Notes under the pieces: generated by a model
Seen by the model: only the letters and a program-made list of their open reading frames with translations
Database searches by the model: none
Told to the model about the DNA's origin: nothing
Part shown: positions 15,757 to 24,386 of the stretch, in pieces
Layout of the letters: each line of letters opens with the position of its first letter
Numbering within the stretch: position 1 is the first letter of the stretch
Position numbers and translations under genes: made by a program
Assembly: GCA_016220145.1 (NCBI GenBank)
Contig: JACRID010000021.1
Location: 1-61,114, forward strand
Length of the DNA stretch: 61,114 bases
Direction: 5' to 3'
Source of the DNA: Candidatus Peregrinibacteria bacterium
Lineage (GTDB): Bacteria > Patescibacteriota > Gracilibacteria > UBA1369 > UM-FILTER-53-11

Positions 15757-17040
15757 TTATTGTTGCGCCCGCACCGATCTTGGCGCCATTACTTTGCCTT
15801 CAAGTTTTTTCTCCAAATCTTTATAGTCGACAATGCCATTAAGCTTACGGCAGATTTCTTCATAAACTTTCAAAATCAAATCTATTTCTTTCTTTTTATG
15901 TTCATAACCAAACATCATTGAAGAGCTGAAAAGAATTCCGGACTTATTAAATTCTTGATAAACAAAAGTTTTAAACACGCGGGAAAGATAATCATCTTTT
16001 ATTTTGACTTTCATAACTGGATGGGGACCATAACCGACAAACTCAACCTGCAAATTATTTTTTTGAGAAAGCTGATTCGCTTGTTGCATAAAATATTCTC
16101 CGATTTCGTGCATGTGTTTATGTACATCGCCATATTCGCGCATCATCTTAATACACTCAATGGCCGCGACCACTCCGAGGGTAAACCCGCCAAATGTGGT
16201 GGAGACGAACACTTCGTCCAAGCGCTTCATGATGTCAGTTTTGCCGGAAATTATTGATATTGGATAGCCGCCGGAAACCGCCTTGCCAAAACAAGCCAGA
16301 TCCGGGATTACTCCGTAATATTCTTGAGCACCTCCCAACGCCCACCTAAAGCCGGTGACCATTTCGTCAAAAATGAGTACCGCGCCATGTTTATGAGCTA
16401 TTTCTTTTACCTTTTCCAAAAAATTATCCGTAGGTTTTTCGGATGATGCCGGTTCCAAAATAACCGCCGCAATTTTATCCGGATAATCAACAAATATTTT
16501 TTCCAATGAAGAGGGATCATTATAAACAAAGTCGTGCGTGAGGGTCTTTAATATTTCCGGCACTCCCGCGCTCCTGCCCTCTTTGGTGCAAATGCTCCAA
16601 TCCTGAAAGCCGTGGTAGCCGCACTTGGCAACGTGATCGCGTTTAGTGATATGTCGGGCCAGACGAATGGCCCCGCTCGTCGCTTCGTTTCCACTCATTA
16701 AAAATTTGCTCATCTCGGCGCAGGGTACCACTTCTTTCAATAACTTAGCCAACTCCAACTCATGAATGGATGGAAGAGAAAAAATTGTTCCATCATCAAT
16801 CTGCTTTTTAACCGCCTTATCTATCTTGTCGTTAGCGTACCCAAAAACCATAGGACCAAGCGCCAGCATGGTATCCATATATTTATTACCTTCAACGTCC
16901 CAGAAATAACAACCCTTGCCCTTTATTATCGCGACTGGCGTAACCCCTATGACAAATTGGCCGGGATATTTGCTTAATGTCTGAGCGGATGAAGGAACAT
17001 ATCTACTTACTTCTTCTAAATATTTTTCCTTTTTATTCAT
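15757..17040 (-). CDS. Class III PLP aminotransferase (glutamate-1-semialdehyde aminomutase-like)
   Basis: GNEATSGAIRLAR, FDEMVTGFR and CFGKAVSGGYP (PLP lysine). The glycan-operon context argues against HemL. Confidence 0.7.
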   Translation of the reverse strand: MNKKEKYLEEVSRYVPSSAQTLSKYPGQFVIGVTPVAIIKGKGCYFWDVEGNKYMDTMLALGPMVFGYANDKIDKAVKKQIDDGTIFSLPSIHELELAKLLKEVVPCAEMSKFLMSGNEATSGAIRLARHITKRDHVAKCGYHGFQDWSICTKEGRSAGVPEILKTLTHDFVYNDPSSLEKIFVDYPDKIAAVILEPASSEKPTDNFLEKVKEIAHKHGAVLIFDEMVTGFRWALGGAQEYYGVIPDLACFGKAVSGGYPISIISGKTDIMKRLDEVFVSTTFGGFTLGVVAAIECIKMMREYGDVHKHMHEIGEYFMQQANQLSQKNNLQVEFVGYGPHPVMKVKIKDDYLSRVFKTFVYQEFNKSGILFSSSMMFGYEHKKKEIDLILKVYEEICRKLNGIVDYKDLEKKLEGKVMAPRSVRAQQ

Positions 17041-17046
17041 AAAAAA

Positions 17047-18807
17047 TTATGAGTTAGGCCAAAAATAATCAATTTCTTCAAAGGCCGCGATAAATTTGGG
17101 CAAATCTTTTGACCAAGCCAGATTATTTTCCAGATAAATACCCCACAACACAAACAATAATTTCCGAATAAATTCGTCTTTCAATAATACGGGCATTAAT
17201 TCAATTTCTTCCGCGGTCAATTTTTTTACTTTTAAATAACTGTTGATAAAAATATCTTTCAGTTTAGGCGCCAAACTTTTAGCTTCTTCTTCGCTTTTAT
17301 TTATTAAAAATTGTCTGCCGAAACGATAAATCGCGAAAGCCGCGTCCCTGGCATGCTCACTGATTCTCACCGCGTCAAAATCCAGAATCGCCTCTACCTT
17401 ATTGTTCCGCATGAGGATATTGTGCGGGTGCAGATCGGAATGAATGATTTGTTTCGGCAACTGCTCTATTTTTTCTTGATATTTTTTTATCTCGGCTATT
17501 GTTTTTTTAAAAATATCCACTTTTGCCAAAAATAAATCGTCAATACTGTCCCGCTTTTTTTTTTCCAAAATAATTTTTTCTATATTTTCAAAGTCGCTAA
17601 CGGAATAATCTTTTATTATATTAAAATATACCGCCGAATCCTTGCTTGTCCTTTCTATTGCCGCAAAATATTTATCAGCAATTTTATTGAAACAGTCATG
17701 CATCTTGGCAATATTTTGCGTCACCGACTTTAACGCGTCCTCGGTCGGGAAAAAATAATAGGCCTCAATAAAATTAAACAGGGTGTAAAAATCTCCACTT
17801 GCCTCGGCGCTAAGCCGGCCGTCTTTATTTTTTATAATTTGGCTGACTTCGGCTCCATTATTCAAAAGATCAACTAATAATTCGGAATAAAAATTTATTT
17901 GTTCTCTATTTTTTAAAATTTTATGTTTTCTCAATAAATAACCTTCCTCTCTTCCCTCTCTTTCAATAATAATCTGAAAATTTTCCGAATTTATTTCCGC
18001 CCTTTCCGGTCGTAAGATTTTAATTATTTTATACTGGTCAAAATAATTATCCAAAATACTTTGTAAATCAACGTAGGGCGTCTTTATTTCTTTATATTTA
18101 ATTTCGGACAAAGAAAAATTATCCGGGTGAAACAAATCTCCTTTTAACACCTCCTCGCCGTGCGTATCATTGTTGTCTTTATAAATTTTTAAAATATATT
18201 TATACCCATTCAAATTAAAGAAGGCCGGGTAACGTTCATTGTCAACAATACGTAATAAATTAAATTGTTCAGCAATGGTTTTGTCGGGGTCTAATTCACT
18301 GTCTTTCAATCCTCTTCTTCTATAAAAAGATCCGTAACCTTGTTGTTTTTTACCAACATTATTTGGATAATTACTAATAAATTTCTTTATCAATTTTGTG
18401 GTCTTTTCTACTTGCTTGGCGCGCATTTCTTCAATTAATTCGTGACCAGAGAAAATAATCTGGTCTTGATAATAAATATCACCCGCATCTACCATCTCTA
18501 ACGCTTCAAAAAGCGTAACCGGTATTGCATTTTTCCACTCTAAAATCTGCCAGGTTAGAGGCGACCACCCTTTTCCCTCGGGCAACCAGCTTTCATGGAC
18601 GACTAAATTGTGTTTATTGCGTTGCAATATCTCCGGTTTAATAATTTTTTCACAACTCAAAAAAAAGGCGCAATCCCCAACGACTATCTCCGAGGCATTT
18701 TTACAAAAATGCACGTTATGGTTGTCGTTTAACAGCTCCGCGTGCAATCTTTCGGCGTACGGAACAACCCAACTGTTTGGATTGTCTACTAAAATGCTTA
18801 TGATCAT
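17047..18807 (-). CDS. Fusion protein: N-terminal formyltransferase-like domain plus C-terminal aminoglycoside/choline-kinase-type (APH) kinase domain
   Basis: The N-terminal LVVHESWLPEGKGWSP...VDAGDIYY resembles the FMT core. The C-terminal IIHSDLHPHNILM...AILDFD matches the APH Brenner and DFD motifs. It is a single uninterrupted 586-aa ORF. Confidence 0.65.
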   Translation of the reverse strand: MIISILVDNPNSWVVPYAERLHAELLNDNHNVHFCKNASEIVVGDCAFFLSCEKIIKPEILQRNKHNLVVHESWLPEGKGWSPLTWQILEWKNAIPVTLFEALEMVDAGDIYYQDQIIFSGHELIEEMRAKQVEKTTKLIKKFISNYPNNVGKKQQGYGSFYRRRGLKDSELDPDKTIAEQFNLLRIVDNERYPAFFNLNGYKYILKIYKDNNDTHGEEVLKGDLFHPDNFSLSEIKYKEIKTPYVDLQSILDNYFDQYKIIKILRPERAEINSENFQIIIEREGREEGYLLRKHKILKNREQINFYSELLVDLLNNGAEVSQIIKNKDGRLSAEASGDFYTLFNFIEAYYFFPTEDALKSVTQNIAKMHDCFNKIADKYFAAIERTSKDSAVYFNIIKDYSVSDFENIEKIILEKKKRDSIDDLFLAKVDIFKKTIAEIKKYQEKIEQLPKQIIHSDLHPHNILMRNNKVEAILDFDAVRISEHARDAAFAIYRFGRQFLINKSEEEAKSLAPKLKDIFINSYLKVKKLTAEEIELMPVLLKDEFIRKLLFVLWGIYLENNLAWSKDLPKFIAAFEEIDYFWPNS

Positions 18808-18989
18808 AATTCGGGGTGCAAACCTTTTAAATATTCAATACCACTTTTGATATCTTCAATGTCATCCTTGTATTTTTTAATCTTAACGATCTCATCATCT
18901 ATCAATTCTTCAGCCGATTTCTCTCTTCCTGCCGGTACCATCTCTCCATCAACAATTACCGGCTGATTGATAAGCCTACCAACAAACCC

Positions 18990-19424
18990 TTATCTTCTTG
19001 CTTCCTTCAAAAATGTTAGGAAAGCGCGTGGTTGATAAAATGAAGACCCAACTAAAAGCAACTTACTCATTCCGTTCCCTGTGTCTATTTTTAAAACATC
19101 TACAGCCTGATCTTTGGTATTCATGGATTCATCTTCAATTATTATGTCTTCTCGCGGTATACTTTGTTGTTCCAACCATACTTGCATCTCTCGTATAGTT
19201 ATATTTTGCTCTCCCGGTCGCGGCCCCTTTCCAACAAGAACATTGTTGCCGGTTATAATTACTTTTTTTTCCCAGCCATCCCTGTATAGAGCGACCACCT
19301 TTGGCCCTCTATCTAGCCGATCTCCTTGCAACCACACAATCACATCGTTTTTAACAGGTTGCTCTTGCAAAATTAAATTGTGCAGTTTAAAAAAATCCTG
19401 ATCTGTTTTTTCTAAATGCGTCAT
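18990..19424 (-). CDS. DUF218/YdcF-like protein, apparently shortened by an in-frame TAA
   Basis: VIITGNN...LLLVGSSFYQPRAF resembles the DUF218 core. The same frame stays open for 61 more codons after the TAA at 18990-18992. Confidence 0.5.
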   Translation of the reverse strand: MTHLEKTDQDFFKLHNLILQEQPVKNDVIVWLQGDRLDRGPKVVALYRDGWEKKVIITGNNVLVGKGPRPGEQNITIREMQVWLEQQSIPREDIIIEDESMNTKDQAVDVLKIDTGNGMSKLLLVGSSFYQPRAFLTFLKEARR

Positions 19425-20092
19425 ACTATCCTTCTAACTAATTGCAACGCCTCGGCAAATTTCAAACCGCATTCCAGCCCTCTATATTGAGCTAAAATCT
19501 TTATACCTTCAGCAGAACGCGAATGTGGATATTTTCTCATTTCATTTTTATACTTTTTCATTGCTTCTATTTTTTTATCAATAGTATTTTCTATATTTAT
19601 ATAACAATTAGGAGCAAATTTCTGCCCATTCTTGCCTTGCCATTCGGTGGAAGATAAAGTTTCAAAGGTATAAATTTCTTTTGGACAATTATTGTTGCAT
19701 GGTCTGGAAGCGGTTGTAACCGCCCGAAAAGCAATGCGATGATCAATATTTAAATCATTTTCAAAATGAGTGTACAAAATATCAGGTTTTATTTTTTCCA
19801 AACATCTTTCCACTTCTTTTGCGACACTCAATAGACTAATCGTGTCCAAGCTGTTATCCGGCAAACCCGCGAAAAAAATATCTTTATACCCCAAAATTTT
19901 ACCGGCCATCAAACCTTGCTGTCTTAATTCTTTTACCTCTTCGTCTGTGCCGCTCTCTCTGGACTTGACGCCTTCGGCTAAAATCAAACAATAAGTTTCG
20001 TCTCCTTTTACGGCGTGATTAATTACTGTTCCGCCAATTCCCAAAATTTCATCATCCGGGTGGGCGGCAACAACTAAAATTCTTTTCGACAT
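19421..20092 (-). CDS. PIG-L/LmbE-family N-acetyl-sugar deacetylase
   Basis: VVAAHPDDEILGIGG motif and a later HxDH-type segment (LNIDH). Confidence 0.75.
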   Translation of the reverse strand: MSKRILVVAAHPDDEILGIGGTVINHAVKGDETYCLILAEGVKSRESGTDEEVKELRQQGLMAGKILGYKDIFFAGLPDNSLDTISLLSVAKEVERCLEKIKPDILYTHFENDLNIDHRIAFRAVTTASRPCNNNCPKEIYTFETLSSTEWQGKNGQKFAPNCYINIENTIDKKIEAMKKYKNEMRKYPHSRSAEGIKILAQYRGLECGLKFAEALQLVRRIV

Positions 20093-20093
20093 A

Positions 20094-20774
20094 TTATTTT
20101 TTGATTATTTTAATTTTTATAACTGATGTAACCGCATTTTCCTTGAATTCCGCCTTTTCAAACTCCAGTCTTAAATTATTTTTTTCCAAAAATGCCCGCG
20201 GATATCCTTCGGCATCCAACATTCTTATATAATCATAAACTTTTTCCAGATCCTCCAAACTTGAAATGTCCCCTTCTTCTGGCTTGCGTCGTTTGAACTC
20301 TATGACCGCACCATTCTGTTCAACAGGTTTAGGTTCGGTCGCTATGATTTTTTGGATCATGAAAAAAACGATTTTTGAGCATCTCGTTAAAATTTCTGAC
20401 GCGCTACCATTCAAGCTTAAATTTCTTTTAAAGTATACCGGTCCCGCATCCAATTCTTTAACGACTCTAAGCGCGCTAATTTTGGTATCTTTATGCCCGC
20501 GCACGATTAAATTTTGCAAAGGACTACCGCCCCTGCCATAGGGCAAATCCGCCATGTGGAAAACAACACATTCAAAATTTTCATAGATTCCGGCAGGTAT
20601 TATCCAAGACCAGTGCGGGAAAAAAATATAGCGCGGATTTATTTTTTTTATTTTTTCCAGAACCAAATCATTCTTATCAGTGATAAGAAACCATTTATTA
20701 GCTTTGGCTTTCTTTTTTAGAGCCTTGAAATTCTCTACATTCCAAGATTTGGTTGTGGCTACGACGTAGTTCAT
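20094..20774 (-). CDS. Short formyltransferase-like protein (non-canonical; no tRNA-binding domain)
   Basis: VVFHMADLPYGRGGSP and ELDAGPVY match the FMT catalytic core, but Val replaces the usual Asn (N-x-H). 226 aa. It is a paralog of the N-terminal domain of 17047-18807. Confidence 0.6.
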   Translation of the reverse strand: MNYVVATTKSWNVENFKALKKKAKANKWFLITDKNDLVLEKIKKINPRYIFFPHWSWIIPAGIYENFECVVFHMADLPYGRGGSPLQNLIVRGHKDTKISALRVVKELDAGPVYFKRNLSLNGSASEILTRCSKIVFFMIQKIIATEPKPVEQNGAVIEFKRRKPEEGDISSLEDLEKVYDYIRMLDAEGYPRAFLEKNNLRLEFEKAEFKENAVTSVIKIKIIKK

Positions 20775-20776
20775 AA

Positions 20777-21856
20777 TTATTTTTTAACCATACTCCAGTC
20801 TAGTGGGGTCCCTCTTTCAATATCTTGAGTAGCCGTTTTGTCTATAACCTCGTCAAAATATTTTGGCGCCAAGCCAAAGTTCGGACGAATTACTCTGATA
20901 TTTTTTGAATCAAATTTATCACCCTTTTTTATTTCAGTAATTACGAAGATAGATCGACGAAAACGCTTGTTGTATTCTTCCGCCGTGCTTTGGGTGCCAT
21001 AATGCACCTGCCCCATTATTTTTTCGGCGCGGCGAATGGAATCCACAAATTCCTTAAATTCTTTGGGATCAACGGAAAAATCTTCATCTACACCGCCATT
21101 GCCGCGGCTTACCGAAAAATGCTTCTCAACAATTGACGCTCCCATCAACACCGCCTGCAAAGGAATTTCAATTCCTCCGTTGTTGTCGGAAAAGCCCGTG
21201 ACCACGTTAAACTCATCTTTAATGTCGAGCATGGTGCGCAAATTGCTATGCTCTAAAACAGGCTTTGACGTATAAGCCGTGACACAATACAATACCGCTA
21301 CACATCCCGATCCGTTGCTTCGCAAAGTACCAATAGCTTCTTTTACTTCTTTTTTACTAGCGAATCCCATAGAAATAATAACCGGTTTTTTTGTTTTTGC
21401 GATTCTCCTCAACAGCGGAGTATCGGTAGCTTCATAAGAGGCAACTTTATAACATGGCACACCCAATGTTTCTAAATAATCCACAGCATCTGGGTCAAAG
21501 GGGGTAGAAAAAAATACCAAACCCAAATCCTCGGCAATTTTTTTAAGTTTAGAATGCCAAACGCGCGGGGTATAAGCGGTTTCGTACAAATTGTATAGAT
21601 ATTTTCCTTTCCAAACATCGGGGTTATCATTGCCGGCTACCAAAAACCAATCTTTTTTACAATCAATGGTCATTGAATCTGGAGTATAAGTCTGCAATTT
21701 TATAGCATCGGCTCCTGATTCGGCGGCGGCTTTAATAATTTCTACCGCCATCTCAAAGCTTTGGTTATGGTTTCCTGACATTTCAGCAATGATAAAACAC
21801 GGGTGACCGGGACCGATTTTTCTTTCTCCTTTTGGCGTTTTAATTAAAATTTCCAT
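20777..21856 (-). CDS. pseI: Pseudaminic acid synthase-type nonulosonate synthase (NeuB family)
   Basis: PCFIIAEMSGNHNQSFEMAVEIIKAAAESGADAIKLQTY closely matches the PseI N-terminal signature. There is a C-terminal SAF-like tail. Confidence 0.75.
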   Translation of the reverse strand: MEILIKTPKGERKIGPGHPCFIIAEMSGNHNQSFEMAVEIIKAAAESGADAIKLQTYTPDSMTIDCKKDWFLVAGNDNPDVWKGKYLYNLYETAYTPRVWHSKLKKIAEDLGLVFFSTPFDPDAVDYLETLGVPCYKVASYEATDTPLLRRIAKTKKPVIISMGFASKKEVKEAIGTLRSNGSGCVAVLYCVTAYTSKPVLEHSNLRTMLDIKDEFNVVTGFSDNNGGIEIPLQAVLMGASIVEKHFSVSRGNGGVDEDFSVDPKEFKEFVDSIRRAEKIMGQVHYGTQSTAEEYNKRFRRSIFVITEIKKGDKFDSKNIRVIRPNFGLAPKYFDEVIDKTATQDIERGTPLDWSMVKK

Positions 21857-21859
21857 ATT

Positions 21860-22990
21860 TTAGTGAACAATATCTAATATCTGTTTGATAACAAACTGTT
21901 GCTCATCTTTTGATAGAGATGGATAAATCGGCAAAGAAATTGCCTTATCATAAAAATTTTCAGCAACAGGGCAAATCCCTTTCCTATATTTCAAATCTTG
22001 ATAATACGGATGATAATAGACCGGTAAATGATGAACTTGAACACCAATTCCCTTTGCTCGTAATTTCTTAAAAATCTCAGCCCGTGAATTGACCAATTTT
22101 TCAGCTAGTCTAATTACATAAAGATGCCAACTGGATTGTTCCACGAAAGAATCAGGTGTTGGTAAAAAAATATTCTTAAAATCTTTAAAAACATCATTGT
22201 AAAATTCCGCAATAATCCGACGGCTTCGCACAAAATAATCCGCTTTCTTTAATTGACTCAATCCCAAAGTGCATTGTATATCAGTCAGCCGATAATTCAT
22301 GCCAAGCATTTGCATTTCCATATACCATTCTCCTTCTGATTCGTTAACAAAATTTTGTTTTGTCATGCCGTGAGTGACAAACATTTTCATTTTTTTGTAG
22401 TAATTTTCGTTATCTGTCAAAACAGCACCACCCTCTCCTGTTGTTATTGTTTTGACTGGATGAAAACTAAAAACAGTAAGGTCGCTGATTGAACCTACTT
22501 TTTTGTTTTTATAAGACGCACCAAATGCTTGACACGCATCTTCCACCACAATTAAGTTATATTTTTCTGCGATTGCCTTAATTGTATCAAGATCTGCCGG
22601 ACGACCTGTATAATCAACCGGCGTGATAACACGTGTCTTATTGGTAATTTTTTCTTCAATCAACTTTGGATCTATATTGCCCGTTTTAGGGTTAACATCC
22701 ACAAATACTGGTTTGGCACCCTGCCATAAAGCGGCATTAGCAGTAGCTGCAAAAGTTAATGGAGACAAAATTATCTCGTCATCCGATTTTAAACCTGCAA
22801 CAAAATATGCTAAATGTAAAGCAGCAGTTCCGTTATTTACCACAACCGCATACTTTACGCCGCAATATTCGGCAAGTTTTTTTTCAAACTCAATCACTTT
22901 TGGTCCTTGTGTTAACCAGTCTGATTTGAGTGTTTCAATAACAGCTAAAATATCCGCCTCATCAATAGTTTGTTTTCCGTATGGTATCAT
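21860..22990 (-). CDS. pseC: DegT/PseC-type UDP-4-keto-6-deoxy-sugar aminotransferase
   Basis: IPYGKQTIDEADILAVIETLKSDWLTQGPKV is the PseC-like N-terminus, and FSFHPVKTITTGEGG carries the PLP lysine. The track start at 23002 is TTG; the ATG is at 22990. Confidence 0.7.
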   Translation of the reverse strand: MIPYGKQTIDEADILAVIETLKSDWLTQGPKVIEFEKKLAEYCGVKYAVVVNNGTAALHLAYFVAGLKSDDEIILSPLTFAATANAALWQGAKPVFVDVNPKTGNIDPKLIEEKITNKTRVITPVDYTGRPADLDTIKAIAEKYNLIVVEDACQAFGASYKNKKVGSISDLTVFSFHPVKTITTGEGGAVLTDNENYYKKMKMFVTHGMTKQNFVNESEGEWYMEMQMLGMNYRLTDIQCTLGLSQLKKADYFVRSRRIIAEFYNDVFKDFKNIFLPTPDSFVEQSSWHLYVIRLAEKLVNSRAEIFKKLRAKGIGVQVHHLPVYYHPYYQDLKYRKGICPVAENFYDKAISLPIYPSLSKDEQQFVIKQILDIVH

Positions 22991-22998
22991 AAATATTG

Positions 22999-23763
22999 TC
23001 AAGGTCTAACAGAAATTCCTTGATTAAACAGATAATTTCTAGTCATAATAGGACTTTGATCTGTAAAATGAAAAATACTTCCAGCTGAAATTGCACTTAC
23101 GGCAGTTCGCAAAAAACCTCTCTTAAAATCTTCAAGGGAATCAACTCCACCACAAGCAATAACTGGTACTTTAACTGATTCTACAATTTTTTCAACAAGC
23201 ACTAAATCTAAACCGCGCATAGTACCCTCCCGCTCAATGGAAGTTATCATAATCTCACCTGCGCCAATCTTTTCAACTTCCTTAGACAATTCAATTACGT
23301 CCAATCCTGTTTTCTTAGTTCCTCCATGAGTCATTACCTCATATTGCTCATTTTCATTTTTTTTCGCATCAATTGAAATTACAATGGTTGAACTCCCAAA
23401 TTTTTGTACAGCTTCCATGATAAACTTTGGATTTTCAACTGCAGCAGTATTAATGATAACTTTATCGGCACCAATCTTTAATACCTCTCTTATATCATTA
23501 ATACTCCTTATTCCACCCCCTACACCCAAAGGCATAAAACACTCTTCAGCTACTTGCCTTACCAAATCAAAAAAAATTTTACGATCTTCTTGACTGGCAG
23601 AAATATCCAAAAAAATCAATTCGTCCGCCCGTTGCGCGTCATAAACCCGTGCCGCAGTGCTTGGATTTCCCACATCCCGAAATCCTTGTTTGTCAAATTT
23701 AATTGTCTTCACCATTCTACCATCTTTTAAAAGCAAAAGAGGTATAATCCTGTTTTTAATCAT
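22999..23763 (-). CDS. HisF-like cyclase subunit (WbuZ-type, glycan amidination module)
   Basis: RIIPLLLLKDGRMVKTIKF...ADELIFLDISA...GGGIRS follows the HisF pattern. The gene is embedded in a sugar operon. Confidence 0.75.
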   Translation of the reverse strand: MIKNRIIPLLLLKDGRMVKTIKFDKQGFRDVGNPSTAARVYDAQRADELIFLDISASQEDRKIFFDLVRQVAEECFMPLGVGGGIRSINDIREVLKIGADKVIINTAAVENPKFIMEAVQKFGSSTIVISIDAKKNENEQYEVMTHGGTKKTGLDVIELSKEVEKIGAGEIMITSIEREGTMRGLDLVLVEKIVESVKVPVIACGGVDSLEDFKRGFLRTAVSAISAGSIFHFTDQSPIMTRNYLFNQGISVRP

Positions 23764-23764
23764 A

Positions 23765-24385
23765 TCAGCACTGCCAATTAATAAAATTCTCTAAAAATTT
23801 TAAACCGTATTTTTGGCTTTTTTCAGGATGAAATTGAGTAGCAAAAATATTATCTTTATGAATGGCCGCAACAAAATCTACACCATAGTTGCAAGTGGCC
23901 GCAACTAACATTTTATTACTAGGCACCAAATGATAACTGTGGACAAAATAAAAATCACAGCTGTCTGGAATACCTCGAAACAATATATGCGAACCATTAA
24001 AAATCACATCATTCCACCCCACATGTGGAACTTTCAGACCATTCAATACATCGTAATTAAAATGAACTACTTCTGCATCAATAAACCCAAGACCATCAAA
24101 TTCTCCAAATTCATAACTCCTTTTCGCTAGCATCTGCATTCCCAGACAAATTCCCAAAAATGGTTTACCCTTTTCAATGATACTCTCTTTTAATTCTAAA
24201 TCCAATCCATTTTTTTTTAATTCGGCAATACCGTCTCTAAAAGCTCCGATGCCAGGAAGTATAATCTTGTCTGCTTTTTTTATATCATTCACCTTGTCAG
24301 TTACAAGTACATGTCCACCTACATATTCTATGGCTTTAGCAATAGACCTTAAATTTCCCATCCCATAATCAATAATTGCTATCAT
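23765..24385 (-). CDS. HisH-like glutamine amidotransferase subunit (WbuY-type)
   Basis: MIAIIDYGMGNLRS, GICLGMQML (catalytic Cys) and ATQFHPEKS. The ATG at 24385 lies 1 nt after the upstream stop. The longer track ORF to 24451 overlaps that gene. Confidence 0.8.
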   Translation of the reverse strand: MIAIIDYGMGNLRSIAKAIEYVGGHVLVTDKVNDIKKADKIILPGIGAFRDGIAELKKNGLDLELKESIIEKGKPFLGICLGMQMLAKRSYEFGEFDGLGFIDAEVVHFNYDVLNGLKVPHVGWNDVIFNGSHILFRGIPDSCDFYFVHSYHLVPSNKMLVAATCNYGVDFVAAIHKDNIFATQFHPEKSQKYGLKFLENFINWQC

Positions 24386-24386
24386 A

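Noticed and set aside
15757-17040. Glutamate-1-semialdehyde aminomutase (HemL) for tetrapyrrole synthesis
   Set aside because: The gene lies inside a sugar operon with no other hem genes, so only the class III aminotransferase fold can be asserted.
20094-20774. Methionyl-tRNA formyltransferase (fmt); the same applies to 35732-36520
   Set aside because: Both are about 226-262 aa and lack the C-terminal tRNA-binding domain of Fmt, which is about 310 aa. Both sit among sugar-modifying genes.
22999-24385. HisF and HisH as histidine biosynthesis genes
   Set aside because: They are flanked and translationally coupled with a PP-loop N-acetyl-sugar amidotransferase and pseC. No other his genes are present. 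This matches the glycan amidination type (WbuY/WbuZ, HisH2/HisF2).
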